Source: the human T2T-CHM13v2.0 reference genome, Homo sapiens
Direction: 5' to 3' (one strand)
Length of the DNA stretch: 64,000 bases
Assembly: GCF_009914755.1 (NCBI RefSeq)
Contig: NC_060929.1
The notes under the pieces are model-generated. The model did not search any database, was not told the origin of the DNA, and was given only the letters and a program-made list of their open reading frames with translations. This document shows positions 43,812 to 57,835 of this stretch, piece by piece. Position numbers and translations under genes: made by a program. Each line of letters begins with the position of its first letter. The first letter of the stretch is position 1.

Positions 43812-44488
43812 TGATAAAGGCAGGAGGCAGACAAATGCCTAGTCAGATATGGGTGGGTCCCTGGTGAAATCCCACCTCCAAGCCAAAGACAGTTTAAAGC
43901 CTGAATGCCAAGCTACAAGTCAAATCCATGGACCAGATTGAGAATCTGTCTTCTCGTTTGGTGTGTTTTCCTCTGGATTCCCGTCTTTCACTTATTTTAC
44001 ATATACCTACCTTTCTGTAATTGGTTTTTTACACTATTGTACGCATCTTTGGTGCTTTGTTTTAACCTTTTTTGCATACTCACAAATCAATCACCATGCA
44101 CTCCCCATTCTGAGCCTATAAAAGCCCTGGACCCAGCCACAGTGAGAGAGAAATCACCTGATGCATGGGGGGCCACCCTCACATCCCCTTTCTGCTGAAA
44201 GCTGTTTTGCCGCTTAATAAAATTATTCTCTGCCCTCCTCACTCTCATTGTCAGCCTATCCTCATTCTTCTTGGATGCAGGACAAGAGTTCAGGACCTAC
44301 TGAACATGGGTACAGAGAACGCTATAACATCATGGCCATCTTCCCTCCACTGGCAGACAGCAGCTGCTCCATGTGACAGAAGTGGCTGTAAAGCCAAGCC
44401 AGCCGCGAAGCTGCAGGCCAAGGCAGGGCAAGGGCATTGCCAGCTGGGTGTCTCCAGCTGGCAAGTAATCGAGAAAAATCCTGTGTCA
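43812..44488 (+). repeat. 5' LTR
   Basis: TGATAAAGGCAGGAGGCAGACAAATGCCTAG...AAAAATCCTGTGTCA; TATA-like CCTATAAAA at about 44115 and AATAAA at about 44216. Confidence 0.93.
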
Positions 44489-44493
44489 TTTTC

Positions 44494-44511
44494 TGTGGGC
44501 TCATCTGGGAT
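44494..44511 (+). promoter_or_regulatory. Primer-binding site for tRNA-Pro
   Basis: TGTGGGCTCATCTGGGAT versus canonical PBS-Pro TGGGGGCTCGTCCGGGAT: 15/18 identical, with two differences being CpG-type transitions. Confidence 0.85.
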
Positions 44512-44715
44512 CTGAGGTAGGGTGAGTAAATGTAAACTCCAAACTTCTTTTACTTTTGTTTCTGAGCCTTCTCCTCAGACATTTTCTGAGAACAGATGGC
44601 ACACTGAGTCTCTGTTAGCCAATTAAGAATGAATGGCATGGCTGCAGAGGAGGCTGCCACCCACCCCCTAGTCACTCTCAGGGGTTGGGAATGTCAGTCT
44701 TGTTCCAATCCAGTC

Positions 44716-45141
<426 letters not shown>

Positions 45142-48099
45142 TAGAATGAGCATCTGACCCAGCAATCAGCTATGCAATTTAGAACAATGTGGTTTCTGTC
45201 TATTCTTAGAGGCAAAGAGGATGCAGTGATTAAGAGTTTTTTTTTTTCTGTTGAAGAAACCCATTTGCATAGAGCAAGACACCAGACACCTTCCCCTCCC
45301 TGCACTTAAGCTGTTCTATTTTCCCTCTTTTCTACCATGTCAGGAGTTCACATAGTCCTGCAAATACAGGGAGATTTTCTATGAGAGGTCCCCAATTCTC
45401 AGGACTCCCTTTCTTTCCCTTGTTTTAAGAGGACCTGGTTCCACAGCTTCACCTTAGCATTCTGATTATGATAGGGAGAAAGTGTCAGCTGGACCTCAGC
45501 AGGGGGCACCACTGGTAACTTACTGGAGTTTGATGAGGGCCACCTGGAACTTAATGAGTTTATGAACCCTCCTGAGGCAGCTTTTTGTCCCAAACTCAAT
45601 TCCAGGCTTTGGGTTGAAACCCTAGAAAGGAAAACTAGGTCTCAGGGATCCAAAGGCAGGCAACAACAGAAGTCAGGGGCACAGTGCAGATGATAGTCAC
45701 TAATTCTTGCTGATTAGCCACCTTCCTGCTACCCCCATTTCATAGACAGAGTTCATGCTAGTATCCAAGGCATAGATGAGGTCTAGCGAACTCATAGGAC
45801 ACTGACAGTAGGGAGGATAGGTCAGTGCATAGGTAAGTGTGGGTATTCCTACCCTCTAACCCTCCCTACTACATAGGTGAAGGCCACAGTGGCACCCATG
45901 GGTAGCACTTACCAAGGTCACGGGGGCTTGGAATAAAAAGATGGAAGAAAGGGTTCACCTTTTCTTTTTCTCTCTCACACGCCCCAGGTATTTGCTGGGA
46001 AGAGAAAGGAACTAAGGGATGCCTTTTTTCCTCTTTCCACATGGGTAACCAATCATCTTTATATATTTTCTATACCACAGGACACTCCCCTCAGATGCAT
46101 TCCCCAAACAGGGAAAAGTTTAATTTCCCCAAACCTTAAACTGCTTGGCTTATTAAGAAAATGAACTGGGAAGAAATTACAATTCACACTGAGAATCTCT
46201 TGAGGAAGGAAAACTTTTACAGTATGCAAATAGCCTTTTGTCTGCTCCCCCTTCAAAGGACTTCAGGGCAGATAGGGCTCCACAGCCTGGGGAAGGGAAC
46301 CCAGAAGCCTGACTTGCTGGAAAAAGGGTAAAGTTTTACCAGTCATACTTCTGGCCTCTCTCTCTCTCTGTCTGTGAAAACCAGTTGAATGAATGACAAA
46401 AAAAATCACCATTTATATCCTCTTCAAAGTTTTGATTAATGGAAAAATGTATTTATGAGGCTAGTCTTAAGCTGTATCCAATCTGTTGTGCTTTGTGTGT
46501 CTTTCTGTATGGTTCTGTCATAAGGAGGGAATACCTTAGAATAGAACATGGGCTTAGAACCCCCATAAACCTGCTGTTCAAGCCAGCCCAGAAAACTGGT
46601 TAGTTACAAATTTTGCTACAGGTCTCTAAAAAAAACAAACAAACAAAACAAAAAAATGGGATGAGGTCTCCATCTTGTTTATGTCCTTGGGAGCCTGACC
46701 TTGTCTAACCACATGGCAGTACTTGTTTTTTGGTCTCAGCCATTTTACAATGGTGGCCCAGGTTCCATTTTGGCTTAGGGAATGAGTACTTTCTGGTTAA
46801 TATCTGCGTCACTTTTGCCATTTGCTGATTCTCTTCCCCTCCATGAGCAACTTCTAGCTTCTCTTCTTAAATCTTCCTTTCTCTAGGCTACCTTTAAAGA
46901 TTCTAGATTTTGTAAAAACTGCTTACCACCTCTTGGAAAATACCTTGTGTAGTCGTGGCTAAGTTATAACCTTAGTTGAGGTTTGTTGCTTTCACCTGAG
47001 ATGTTAATTTTGGTAAAGTTTAAAAGTGAGAACTATTGACCATTTGCCATGGCTAAAGTCAGGTAATAAGAAATTTAGGAAGATTTTTTAAAAGAGCACT
47101 ATGGTTAAAAGTCAGCTAAATTAAAAGTTGATATTCAAGCTATAGATGTATTTTAAAGTCCTTCGTTCTTCTCCTCTTGGATCTTTTTTTTCTGGAAAGA
47201 GGATTTTTTTCTTCTCAATTGAATTATTTTTTTCCATTTTGTCTTGCCACTCGTACTGCACACCAGAGGCCCTAAGATAATTAATGATAGCCTGGGACTG
47301 CTTGCAAAAAAAAGAGAAGACACCACGGACCCTGTTTTGGGAAAAACAAAAATCTGTTTTCCTTATGGAACCCCAATAATTAAAAGTGGATAGATCCCTC
47401 TCAAAATTAAGGCTCTGTTAAAGTGCATAATTTCCTAGCCCTGTTTTTTGAAGGGCTCTGCCCCGAGGCCAATGATCCAATTAGGATACTGTCAAATGAA
47501 AAATCTTACAACTACTGGATATTTTCTGTCTGTCTGTATAGTTATATATGTGTTGTGTGTGTGATGTTTATATAAAAAAAGAGCTCTAATTAATTGGCTT
47601 AAAGAAAAATAAGAGCTTAGATCAAATATTTTTAAAATAAAAGTAGAAGCTGTAATGACTTTTAGTTCATGTGACTTTTTTGGTAAATTAAAAATGTCAT
47701 CAAAGTATAAACATGAGGTCTAAATTATACAGGTCAGATATTGGGTTTTCTATATGGTTTAAGGTCATAAACTGCTTCTTTGGCTTTTGAAAATAGTTCG
47801 ACTTGTCTGCTTTACAGTTTGGTAAGGCCTGGGGACATATGGAGTTAACCATACTCCTAACTGTGCTTAAAAGAGTCAGACCTTATCTGCGCCTAGTACA
47901 TAATCAAAATAACTTAGAAGATTTTACATCAAAATAAAAAATTGCTAAGAGTTACCATTATAACATGTAATTGAGACTACTGAAAAAAGATTTACATGCA
48001 AGGTGTGTAAGGAAAATAAAATATGTTTTTAGTAAAAGATTATAGGAAGGCATGGGAATGTAAATTTTTGCCTAGTTTAGAGAATTAAGGATTATTTTA

Positions 48100-48504
<405 letters not shown>

Positions 48505-50955
48505 TTATTTTTTTTTCCATAAATCGAGCATTGAAATAAAAGCACAAAGTTTTCTTAAGTCACTGATCTGCTCTTTAACAAAAAATTGTAAAGGATTATG
48601 AAAGGTTTATAAGAATCTCGCATCATGGTCAAACTGACTAAAACTGGGTATATTTGTGTATAAGGTTTCGTTTAAAAAATGGGGGTTAATGTTAACAGTA
48701 AACTAATGTAAGGGTGAAATCTGGCTTTGTCTCTCTTGAACAAAATTTGTACGTAACATTAAAGGATAATGAAAGATTCTTGTTTGCCTTGCAAATAAAC
48801 TACCCCTCCCACAAAAAAAAGAGAGAGAAGGAAAATACAAGAGATAAATTGGAAAGCTACATCTTCCTTCTTAATGAGTAAAGGTTTTTGCCTTTTTAAA
48901 AAATTTTAAGTCATTATTTTGGCCAAATAAGTAAATTATGGTAATCTGGAATTCCATTTAATAATATCAAAGTGTTTTAAATCTTTAACATATTTGATAG
49001 ATTTCCTAAAATCAAATTTCAGCTTCAAAAATGTCATTTCTGTCCCCTAACTTCTAGGTGCTACAGAGGGCCCCTAAATCATCCAAAACAGAGCTAAACA
49101 GAATTATTTGACATGTTTAGTTACATGGGATTGCCAAAATAAAAATAATCTTCAACCTTCTTATGGTTATAATTTTCATAAATAATATATGATCCAAAAT
49201 TGTATGGGAGTCACAAAATTCTAATGTCTGAGTATATGCTATTAATCATAATTTGGGTTATTATGTTAAATTATTGCAAACCATAGAAATAACCAAATTT
49301 CTTTGTCAATTGTGTTTTTGACTGTAACTACCCTGAACATGTTGTCATTCACAGACAATTGTTGTCTTGTTTTAATCTTTTTCAAATGATGGTTAATAAT
49401 AAGCTATAGAACTTTGCCAGGTGCTCTTAAATGCAGGTTTCTGATAACTTTGGAATAAAACTTGGAATAAAAAAAACTTTCAGGACTCATAAAGAGCCGA
49501 AATGTTCATGAATATCAAGCAGGACAAGAGTTAACTGAATGGACTGCATGAATAGAAAAATGAAGTAATCTTTTTTAACTTTGTGCTTAAAATGTTGCCA
49601 ATCCTTTGTTTTTCAAAGTCAGGAAACTTTTATTTTGAGCTATTTACAGCTTTTAACAATTGAGTAAGGTGTACACCTGCTAACAAAATTTGGAGCATAT
49701 TTGTTTCTCTCTGCCTGGTTTCTCCAAAATTTGGAAGCTATTTGTAAGTATTCTTAACTTATGGCAATATAGTTTCTTGTTTTTGTTTTTGTTTTTTGTT
49801 TTTTTGCATAAACGCAATAAGAATCCATTTTCTTCTGCAACAAGATGCAATTGGAGAAACTGGTTGTTTTACCAACACTTTGACTGGAAGGGTATGCTTC
49901 TCTTTAAGGAATCCAGCTTGACTTGCATAGCCAATAAAAGCCCCTTGGGAAAACTGGCCTTATACCTTGTCTACATACTCCCTGTACAGGGTTCCTAACC
50001 TGTGGTGCATAACGAATGTCACTTTCTAATAGGCCCATGAGCTCCAACTTATCTTGGGACCTCAAGAGAGGAATTTACTCAACTCATACATATTTGAGGG
50101 TACAAACCCATGTCTGGGCTTGGCTTTAAAAGGCCTTATCTCAGATTCATTGTGGAACAGAGTTCCATCAGAGCCAATTTAAAAAACCTTTGTGAAAATA
50201 ATTATTCTTGCTGCACTTTATGCAAATAATCAGGCAAAGTATAAGACTAAAGTTTATTTTGCAAAGAATCAGTCCTATCATGATTTGTTTTTAACAAAAA
50301 TGAGGACTGGAGAGAGAAAAAATATGTTTCAAAATGTATCATACACTTGTCATTAAATTCTAGTCTCATTAGTTGTTTTTAAGTATTTGTCTACATTTCA
50401 GACTAACCCTGCTTATTTCTGTGAACCAATCAGTGATCTCTGGCTGCAGCTCAGTAGAAACAAAAGGAATGGGTAATGTAAAAATCTGGATCAATATTGT
50501 AATTTTGGGCAATTATCCTGCAAATCCTGCCAGGTGATTAGGTAAATGGGATGCCCATAACCTGGAGGTTTCTGTTTAAGAAAATAAGACCAAGGAAGCT
50601 AACAAAAGGCAAGCACCAAACACCCAAATCTTAGCAGGCATAACTATAGCCACTAGTTACCTTGGCATGTTGGCAGTCTAAGGATTTTTGAGCTGTCTTT
50701 AGCCCCATGTTCTGTTTTAATTCATGTCTTCTAATAACACAGTTTGTTTTTCTCACCTTCAGGCCATCAAACTCCAAATGATAATGCAACTTGATTTTCA
50801 GTTGATGGCTCCCTTTTCCTGGAGACCCTTAGATAGGCCTGTAAGAAAAATCTGCCATCTTCCCAAAACAGCACTGCCTGTAAGCAGGAAAGAGTTAAGA
50901 TGGGTCATCATCGTTATCCTAATGGTAGTTAGATGTACCTCTTCAGAGCAGGGAA

Positions 50956-51629
50956 TGATAGAGGCAGGAGGCAGACAAGTGCCTAGGCAGATAGGGGTGG
51001 GTCCCCAGTAAAACCCCACCTCCACGCAAAGGACAGTTTAAAGCCCAAAAGCCAAGCTGCAAGTCAAATCTATGGACCAGATTGATAATCTGTCTTCCCA
51101 TTTGGCATGTTTTTCTCTGATTGATTCCCACCTTTCACCTATTTTATATATATCTACCCTTCCCTAATTGGTTTTTTACACTGCCATGCCCACCTTTGAG
51201 TGGTGTCTTTGTTTTAACCTTTTTTGAATACTCACAAACCAATCAGTGTGCCCTCCCCATTCTGAGCCTATAAATGCCCTGGACCCAGCCACACTGAGAT
51301 AGAAACCACCCAATGTCGGTGCAGCCCCTCTCTGCTGAGAGCTGTTTCGTCACTCAACAAAATTATTTTCTGGCCCCCTCAGTCTTTGGTTAGAAGCGTA
51401 TCCTCATTCTTAGACATGAGAGAAGAGCTTGGAACCCACTGAATGTGGGTACAGAGGAGGCTGTAACATAGTGGCCCTCTTCTCTCTGCTGATGGAGGGC
51501 AGCCGCCCCACATGACAGAAATAGTGGGGGAGTTGAGCCAGCCCCAAAGCTGCAGATCGAGGAGAGGCAAGGGTCTTGCCAGCTGGGTATCTCCAGCTGA
51601 CAAAAGTGATCAAGAAAAATCCTGCATCA
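50956..51629 (+). repeat. 3' LTR
   Basis: TGATAGAGGCAGGAGGCAGACAAGTGCCTAGG...AAAAATCCTGCATCA, colinear with the 5' LTR. Confidence 0.93.
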
Positions 51630-52588
51630 CTCTGATGCTAGACTCATTTCAACTTAACAGAACTCAGGTGCTCCTTCTTTTCTTTGCCCACCTCTCAAAC
51701 ACATACATACTTCAGTTTGAATACCCTCAGTTTATTTCTCAATCATCTCAAATTCTCATATCTATTCTGTTAATCTCTTCTTATTCTCAGCTCTATCAAT
51801 TTCCTCACTTTCAGGTTTATAATAGCATATTTCACCTTGCTCCCTTAAACTTCTATTTTAAGCAAATGTCCACATTGTTAATTAATCCTTTCTCTTCCTT
51901 ACTTTAATATTTATATTCCATCAATGATATCACTTTTGCAGTCCTTTCAAAAGAAGGTCACTTTTTCCATTTTTTAGTCTCATTGCCCCTTTCTATTTCC
52001 ACATTACACTTGTACTAAACTCCCTTGACTTTGAGGTGTCTTTACTCCAAGATTATTCCATTATTTCAACTCTCAGTTATTACCCTACCAAAAGAAATCA
52101 TCACCTTCTTTAATGACTTTATTATTTGGGTCATTCACTACTCCTTTCTCTGTCTTGTAACTTCAGGATCCACATCAATGATCTTTATAAAATCCTCTTT
52201 TCACAGATTTACTTGATGTCTTCAAACCATGAAGTTTGTCTTCATTTTTCAGCTATTAGCAAACATGGCTACAATTTGGATTGTCATCCCATGAAGCACA
52301 TCTACAAAAATAGGCTGAATTTTCATTCTTAAATACATTTAGTCATTCCAGATTTTTTATCTACTCATTCCTGATAAGCTTGATGTTGGCCTTTATGCTA
52401 ACCCCTATTCCACTGACTGCTCTCTAATTTCCAATTCCATATCTCTCTCCTAGCCTTGTAGCCTCTTTTCCAAGCTCACACCCATGATCAACAATTTCAA
52501 CTTTCCCTCCAATAGTGCCCTACAATTCCTTATTAATCCATTACAAATCTGTAGTGACCACATTGCCATTGCCAACCCCAATTAAAGC

Positions 52589-53259
52589 TGAAACTACCTT
52601 TGCAAAACTTATATCAGTGAGAAAAATTATAATACTAGGCTGACTTTTCTTGCTTTTCCCTTAATTATTCCCCAAATTAACTTTGGAAGACATTTAGGCT
52701 GTAGTTTAAATGATAATAGCCTTGCCCGAAGACTTGACCACTTTTGTAAAGTTAATGAGAGGCCATCAAGCTGGGCGGAGGAGAGAAGTCTGAGTCCTGC
52801 TAAGGTGTAGGCATAAAGGATTATCAGCCATTATTCTGGAGGTCATAAGAGATGCATCTACCCCAATTAATCTTGCAAATAACACTACTATTGTAGATTT
52901 GCCTTTTGAGAAATCTTTCCAGGTTTTTGGCATGTCTGATACCCATGGCTCCACCTGGACTCTGCTCCTGTGGCCCCACTCAGAGGCGATTCAGCCCACA
53001 GGAGGACAGCTTTCACCCTCTATGATTTTATCTCCACCCAACCAATTAGCAGCAAGCATCTGTTATCTGGCCACCCGACCCCGTCCTCCAAACTGCCTTT
53101 GAAAAACCCCTAACCTACGAGCTTCTGAGGAGATGATTTGAGTACAAACTTCGTCTCCCACACGACTTGTCCATCCTAGTGTCTACTAAACTCTTTCTCT
53201 ACTACAATGCTGTAGTTTTTCATTATGCATGGGCAGGAAGAACTCCTCAGGCAGTTACA
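52589..53259 (+). mobile_element. ERV1 solo LTR, LTR8-group-like
   Basis: TGAAACTACCTTTGCAAAA...GGGCAGGAAGAACTCCTCAGGCAGTTACA termini. Confidence 0.8.
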
Positions 53260-53399
53260 AATTCAGTACTGTATTTTCTTTTCTCTCCCCTGGAGTACCA
53301 ATGATTCCTGGAGACACACTTCAGTTTTATTCAATTACTTCCTCTTCAAAACTAAATGTACTCAATATGAGCTAGGACCTCAATATTCTTCAATAGGTT

Positions 53400-55800
53400 T
53401 TTTCATTATTCATGCAAAACTGATTCTATGTGGATTTCTGCGTCATGGCTATTACAAACTTACTCCTTGTTTCACTCTCACAACGCTCTAAATTTCACTT
53501 CCTTATCCCTAGTGACCTTCATTACATTTCAACCATTTAGTTTCATGGCTGCGCCCTAAATCTAATAGTCACTGAGAACTGCTCTACTTCTGAAATCATG
53601 AATTCAGACATCCTCCTTTCTAACTGCAAACCCCTAACCCTTCAGCTCATTCCCTTTATTATTTCACTACATGGTGCAGATCAGGTGATTACGTAGCATA
53701 GTAGTTAATGGCATAGGCTCTGTAGCCAGATTTCCTGAGTTCTAAATCACATCCCTACCACTTACTATATATTTTGGGTCCTCAATTGGCTCATCTATAC
53801 ACAAGGAGGAAATAACATCTGACTCACAGAGATTTGGAAATCTCTGACAGGTGGAAAATAACATTCATTGAATATATATTATATGTCAGGCACTATTTTA
53901 CAAGCTTTAAAAATATGAATTAATTTAATTTCAAATAATCCTGTGAGTTAGATGGTATGTACTAACTTTCTGACTATCTATAAGCTCCATTATCCATGTT
54001 TCTGTCATTTTCTTTTCAGTATTGTTTTCATGGCATTTAAATGTCTTGGTAATCATCTCAACTATCTTTTTATTGCACCAATCTGGCAATATCACAGTTC
54101 TGGATCAATCCAAGAATTTACGTTGTCCATTACAACATGTAAGTGACTAGATTTTGTAGAAGAGTTACATTAGCATACATATTGCTAAAACTATAAATTC
54201 ATATGATATACTCAGACTTCACCAAAGTCCTGTGCCAATGACTTCTCCTATTTAATTTATAAAATAGAAACATAAGAATTCCTGATCTATAACCTGAAAA
54301 AATATTTTCATCCTCAGTTAAAAAGTTAAAAAAAGAGGAGAATAATCTTGCTTAGACTTAATTCCTTTACATGCTATTTGGATGTCATCTCTTCCATCTA
54401 CTCAGGATCTCCTCTCACACCTAAAATTTACCATTTCCCTCCACAGGCACTTTTGAACTAGTATTTAAATATACTCTGTGTCTCCCATCATAAAAGTATA
54501 AAACAGAAAACTTCTCCAGATTCCATGTCTTCCTTCAGCTCCCAGTCTATGTCTCTCCATGTGTCTTCCCCTTCAGAAACACACTTCCTGCAGTTCTTGT
54601 GTCAAGATATTCTTCTCCCTATAATTCATTTAAAAACCCATCACAATCTGGCTTCGACCCCAACTCCACCAAAATCATCTCCATAATTTTTTCATGATTA
54701 GAAAGAACAACTTTATATTAAATTCAAGTGACACTTTTCAATATTGACCTTGGCTACAGTTGATCCTATTAACTTCACATTCTTTCTTCCAAGGCTTTCT
54801 TCTCTTGCCTCTAAACATACTCCTCTCTTCAGGTTTCCAATTACTACTCTGACTTCTCTCATTCAATATTTTTTGTGAAGTTTTCTTTTGACTTTCTCTA
54901 AAATGTTGGTATTCCTAAGGATTCTGTCCTAGACCCTCTTCTCTTCTTTCTCTACACAGTTGTACTCAGTAATCTCATCTACTCCTATGACTTCAATTCC
55001 ATCCTATACAGCAAGTCCTTGAATAGCATTGTTGCATTCAATGTTGTTTGGTTATATGTTGATGAGAAAAAAAAAAAATCAGTTTCTGGCTAGATCCACC
55101 ATCTGTATGGAGTTTGCACATTCTCCCCATGTCTGCGTGGGTTTTCTTCAGGTACACTGGTACCTTCCAAAAATGTGTATGTCATGTGAACTGGCATGTC
55201 TAAATTGTCCCAATCTGAGCGAGTGTGTGTGTGTGTGTACCTTGCAATAGGATGGTGTCCTGTCCAGGATTGGTGGCCACCTTGCACCCTGAGCTATCAG
55301 GATAGGCTATAGCCACCCTCAATTCTGGGTAAATAATTATCTTTCCTGTTTTTATTAATCATTCTTAAGCATGTATAGCTCACATTTATTTCAATGTTTA
55401 CTATTAGTGTTTTGGTCTTCATTGAGAAGTTTGGTAAAGTTTTTGTGACTAGAATTATACCATAGGAACTTTTGTTTATATAAATTTGCTTGTGGTAAAA
55501 TGGGTTTTGTTACACATTGTTTTGCTTAAAGTTGCAGTTTTCAGTAACCTGTCAACAATATTGTGAGAACTTGCTGTTGTCTGATTAATCTAAACTTATC
55601 TCCCTCTCATTTATCTTTCCTGAGCTTTATTCATTAGTAAATAGGCTTACTCAATGGCTCACTCAATACCTCTGAATTTCCTACATGCACATGAAACTGA
55701 ACATAGAAAAAAAAAAAAAACAGATCCTTATCGTCTTGTGCAAACCTGCTCCTCCCCAGTACTCTATAACGTAAGTTGTCACTTGTTTAAATTAGAAACC
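53400..55800 (+). mobile_element. Fragmented L2 interrupted by MIR pieces and MER6
   Basis: Pyrimidine-rich L2 ORF2-like tracts (cacaatctggcttcgacccc; ttggtattcctaaggattctgtcctagaccctcttctcttc). Confidence 0.6.
55009..55576 (+). mobile_element. MER6-family (TcMar-Tigger) non-autonomous DNA transposon
   Basis: TA|CAGCAAGTCC...GAACTTGCTG inverted termini; internal GGAGTTTGCACATTCTCCCCATGTCTGCGTGGG. Confidence 0.85.
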
Positions 55801-55801
55801 A

Positions 55802-56282
55802 AGAGAAATGCAAATCAAAACCACAATGAGATACCATCTCACATCAGTTAGAATGGCAATCATTAAAAAGTCAGGAAACAACCGGTGCTGGAGAGGATGT
55901 GGAGAAATAGGAACACGTTTACACTGTTGGTGGGACTATAAACTAGTTCAACCATTGTGGAAGTCAGTGTGGTGATTCCTCAGGGATCTAGAACTAGAAA
56001 TACCATTTGACTCAGCCATCCCATTACTGGGTATATACCCAAAGGACTATAAGTCATGCTGCTATAAAGACACATGCACACGTATGTTTATTGCGGCACT
56101 ATTCACAATGGCAAAGACTTAGAACCAACCCAAATGTCCAACAATGATAGACTGGATTAAGAAAATGTGGCACATATACACCATGGAATACTATGCAGCC
56201 ATAAAAAATGATGAGTTCATGTCCTTTGTAGGGACATGGGTGAAGCTGGAAACCATCATTCTCAGCAAACTATCTCAAGGAC
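55802..56282 (+). mobile_element. Young L1PA ORF2-end fragment truncated at both ends
   Basis: Encodes [46 protein letters not shown] and then stops abruptly; no 3'UTR or poly(A). Confidence 0.93.
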
Positions 56283-56984
56283 TTCAATTATTTCCTCTAC
56301 CCCTTTCCCATCTTTTCTTTTCTCTTCTTTTCTTCCCTTTCTTCCTTTCCTACCTTGTTCACTCTCTCCCTCCCTCCACCTGTCTCTTTCTTTCTTGTAT
56401 TTTCTTTATGCCTATGTTACATATTTTATAACTGTCTATTCCATTTTGAGGAGTTTATATTTTTTATATCTTTAAGTTCATTAATTCTTTCCTCAGCAAT
56501 GTCTGGTGTCACATTCAGCCCACCAACAGCATTCTTCATTTCTATTACGGTGCTTTTTCTTTTGTTTTTTTCTTAGAGTTTTCATCTCCCTTATTACATT
56601 ACCCATCTGTTCTTACATGTTGTCCACTTTTTACATTAGAGACTTTAGCACACTAATCAGTTACTTTAAATTCTTGGTCTGATAATTCCAAAGTCCTTAA
56701 TGTCTGACTCTAGTTCTTATGTTTGCTTTGTCTGTTCAGACTATGATATTTTGTTTGTTTTTGCCTCTCACAGCCTTGAAAATGTTTTCTGAAAGATGTA
56801 CAGAATGTATTGGGTAAAAAAAAAAATGATGTGAATAGTCCTTTAGTGTGAGATTTTATATTTATTTGGCTGAGTTTGACATTGTTTACTGTTTGCTATA
56901 GCTGTGGTGTCAGGGGTTAAAATTTCCTCTAGTGTCCTTATTTTTGTCTCCTCTGTAGTCTTTGGTTTTTCTAATGATTCTTTC

Positions 56985-57835
56985 TGGCTGGGCTCAGTGG
57001 CTGATGGCTGTAATGCCAGCACTTCAGGAGGCTGAGCGGGGAGGATTGCTTCAGCCTAGGATATTGAGACCAGCCTGGGCAACATGGTGAAACTCTATTT
57101 TTACAAAAAAATGCAAAAGTTAGCCAGGTGTGGTGGTATGCACCTGTGGCCCTTTTCCTGGACAGAATGAGGTATGTCTGCGTAGTCTCATGGTCCAATA
57201 ACAAGATGCAGATGGACTGGGAAAGAAGAGAATTTATTTCTGTAACCCACCACAGGGAAAAGGTGGAAGAAATTCACCAGACTAACTCAAAGTTACAAGA
57301 TTTTCTTCAGTGCTTATATACATTTTAAGCTCTATGCATATGGATGGGAGTGCACCCACAGGCAGTATTGTTTTACTTAATCTATATCTAATCTTTAACT
57401 AGGGTCTAGGGTCTGGAATGTTTTCTCTAAAACCTTGGAAAGTGTAATCTTAAGTGGACCCTAGTACAAGGTGTATGTGTAAAAATGCTTTTATCATTAA
57501 ATCAGGCTATAGGGTCTGATAAAACCCAGGCAGGATCTTAATGGATTTGTTTTTATATTCCAGCCCTCATATTCAGGCACAGCTTCAACAGTTCTCTAAT
57601 GTTTAACTTATGCATTCATCAGAATTACAGCCAAGGGTTAGTGGACGCTGGATGCTCTGACTGCTAATGGAAATCTGGCTTGCCACAGTCCCAGCTGTAG
57701 CAGGAGAATCCCTTGAGCCCAGGAGGCCAAGGTTGTAGTGAACTGTGATCATGCCACTGCACTACAGCCTGGATGTGACTGTGCCACTGCACTCCAGCCT
57801 GAATTTATTATTAAGTAATAATAAAATAAATAAAT
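56985..57835 (+). mobile_element. AluJ-like SINE split by an LTR (56985-57152 and 57688-57835)
   Basis: GGAGGATTGCTTCAGCCTAGGA...GCACCTGTGG resumes as GTCCCAGCT...CTTGAGCCCAGGAGG...GCCACTGCACT. Confidence 0.85.
57153..57687 (-). mobile_element. ERVL-type solo LTR (LTR47-like)
   Basis: The minus strand begins TGTGGCAAGCCAGATTTCCATTAGC and has TATA- and AATAAA-like motifs; 5-bp flanks GGCCC/GTCCC. Confidence 0.65.
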
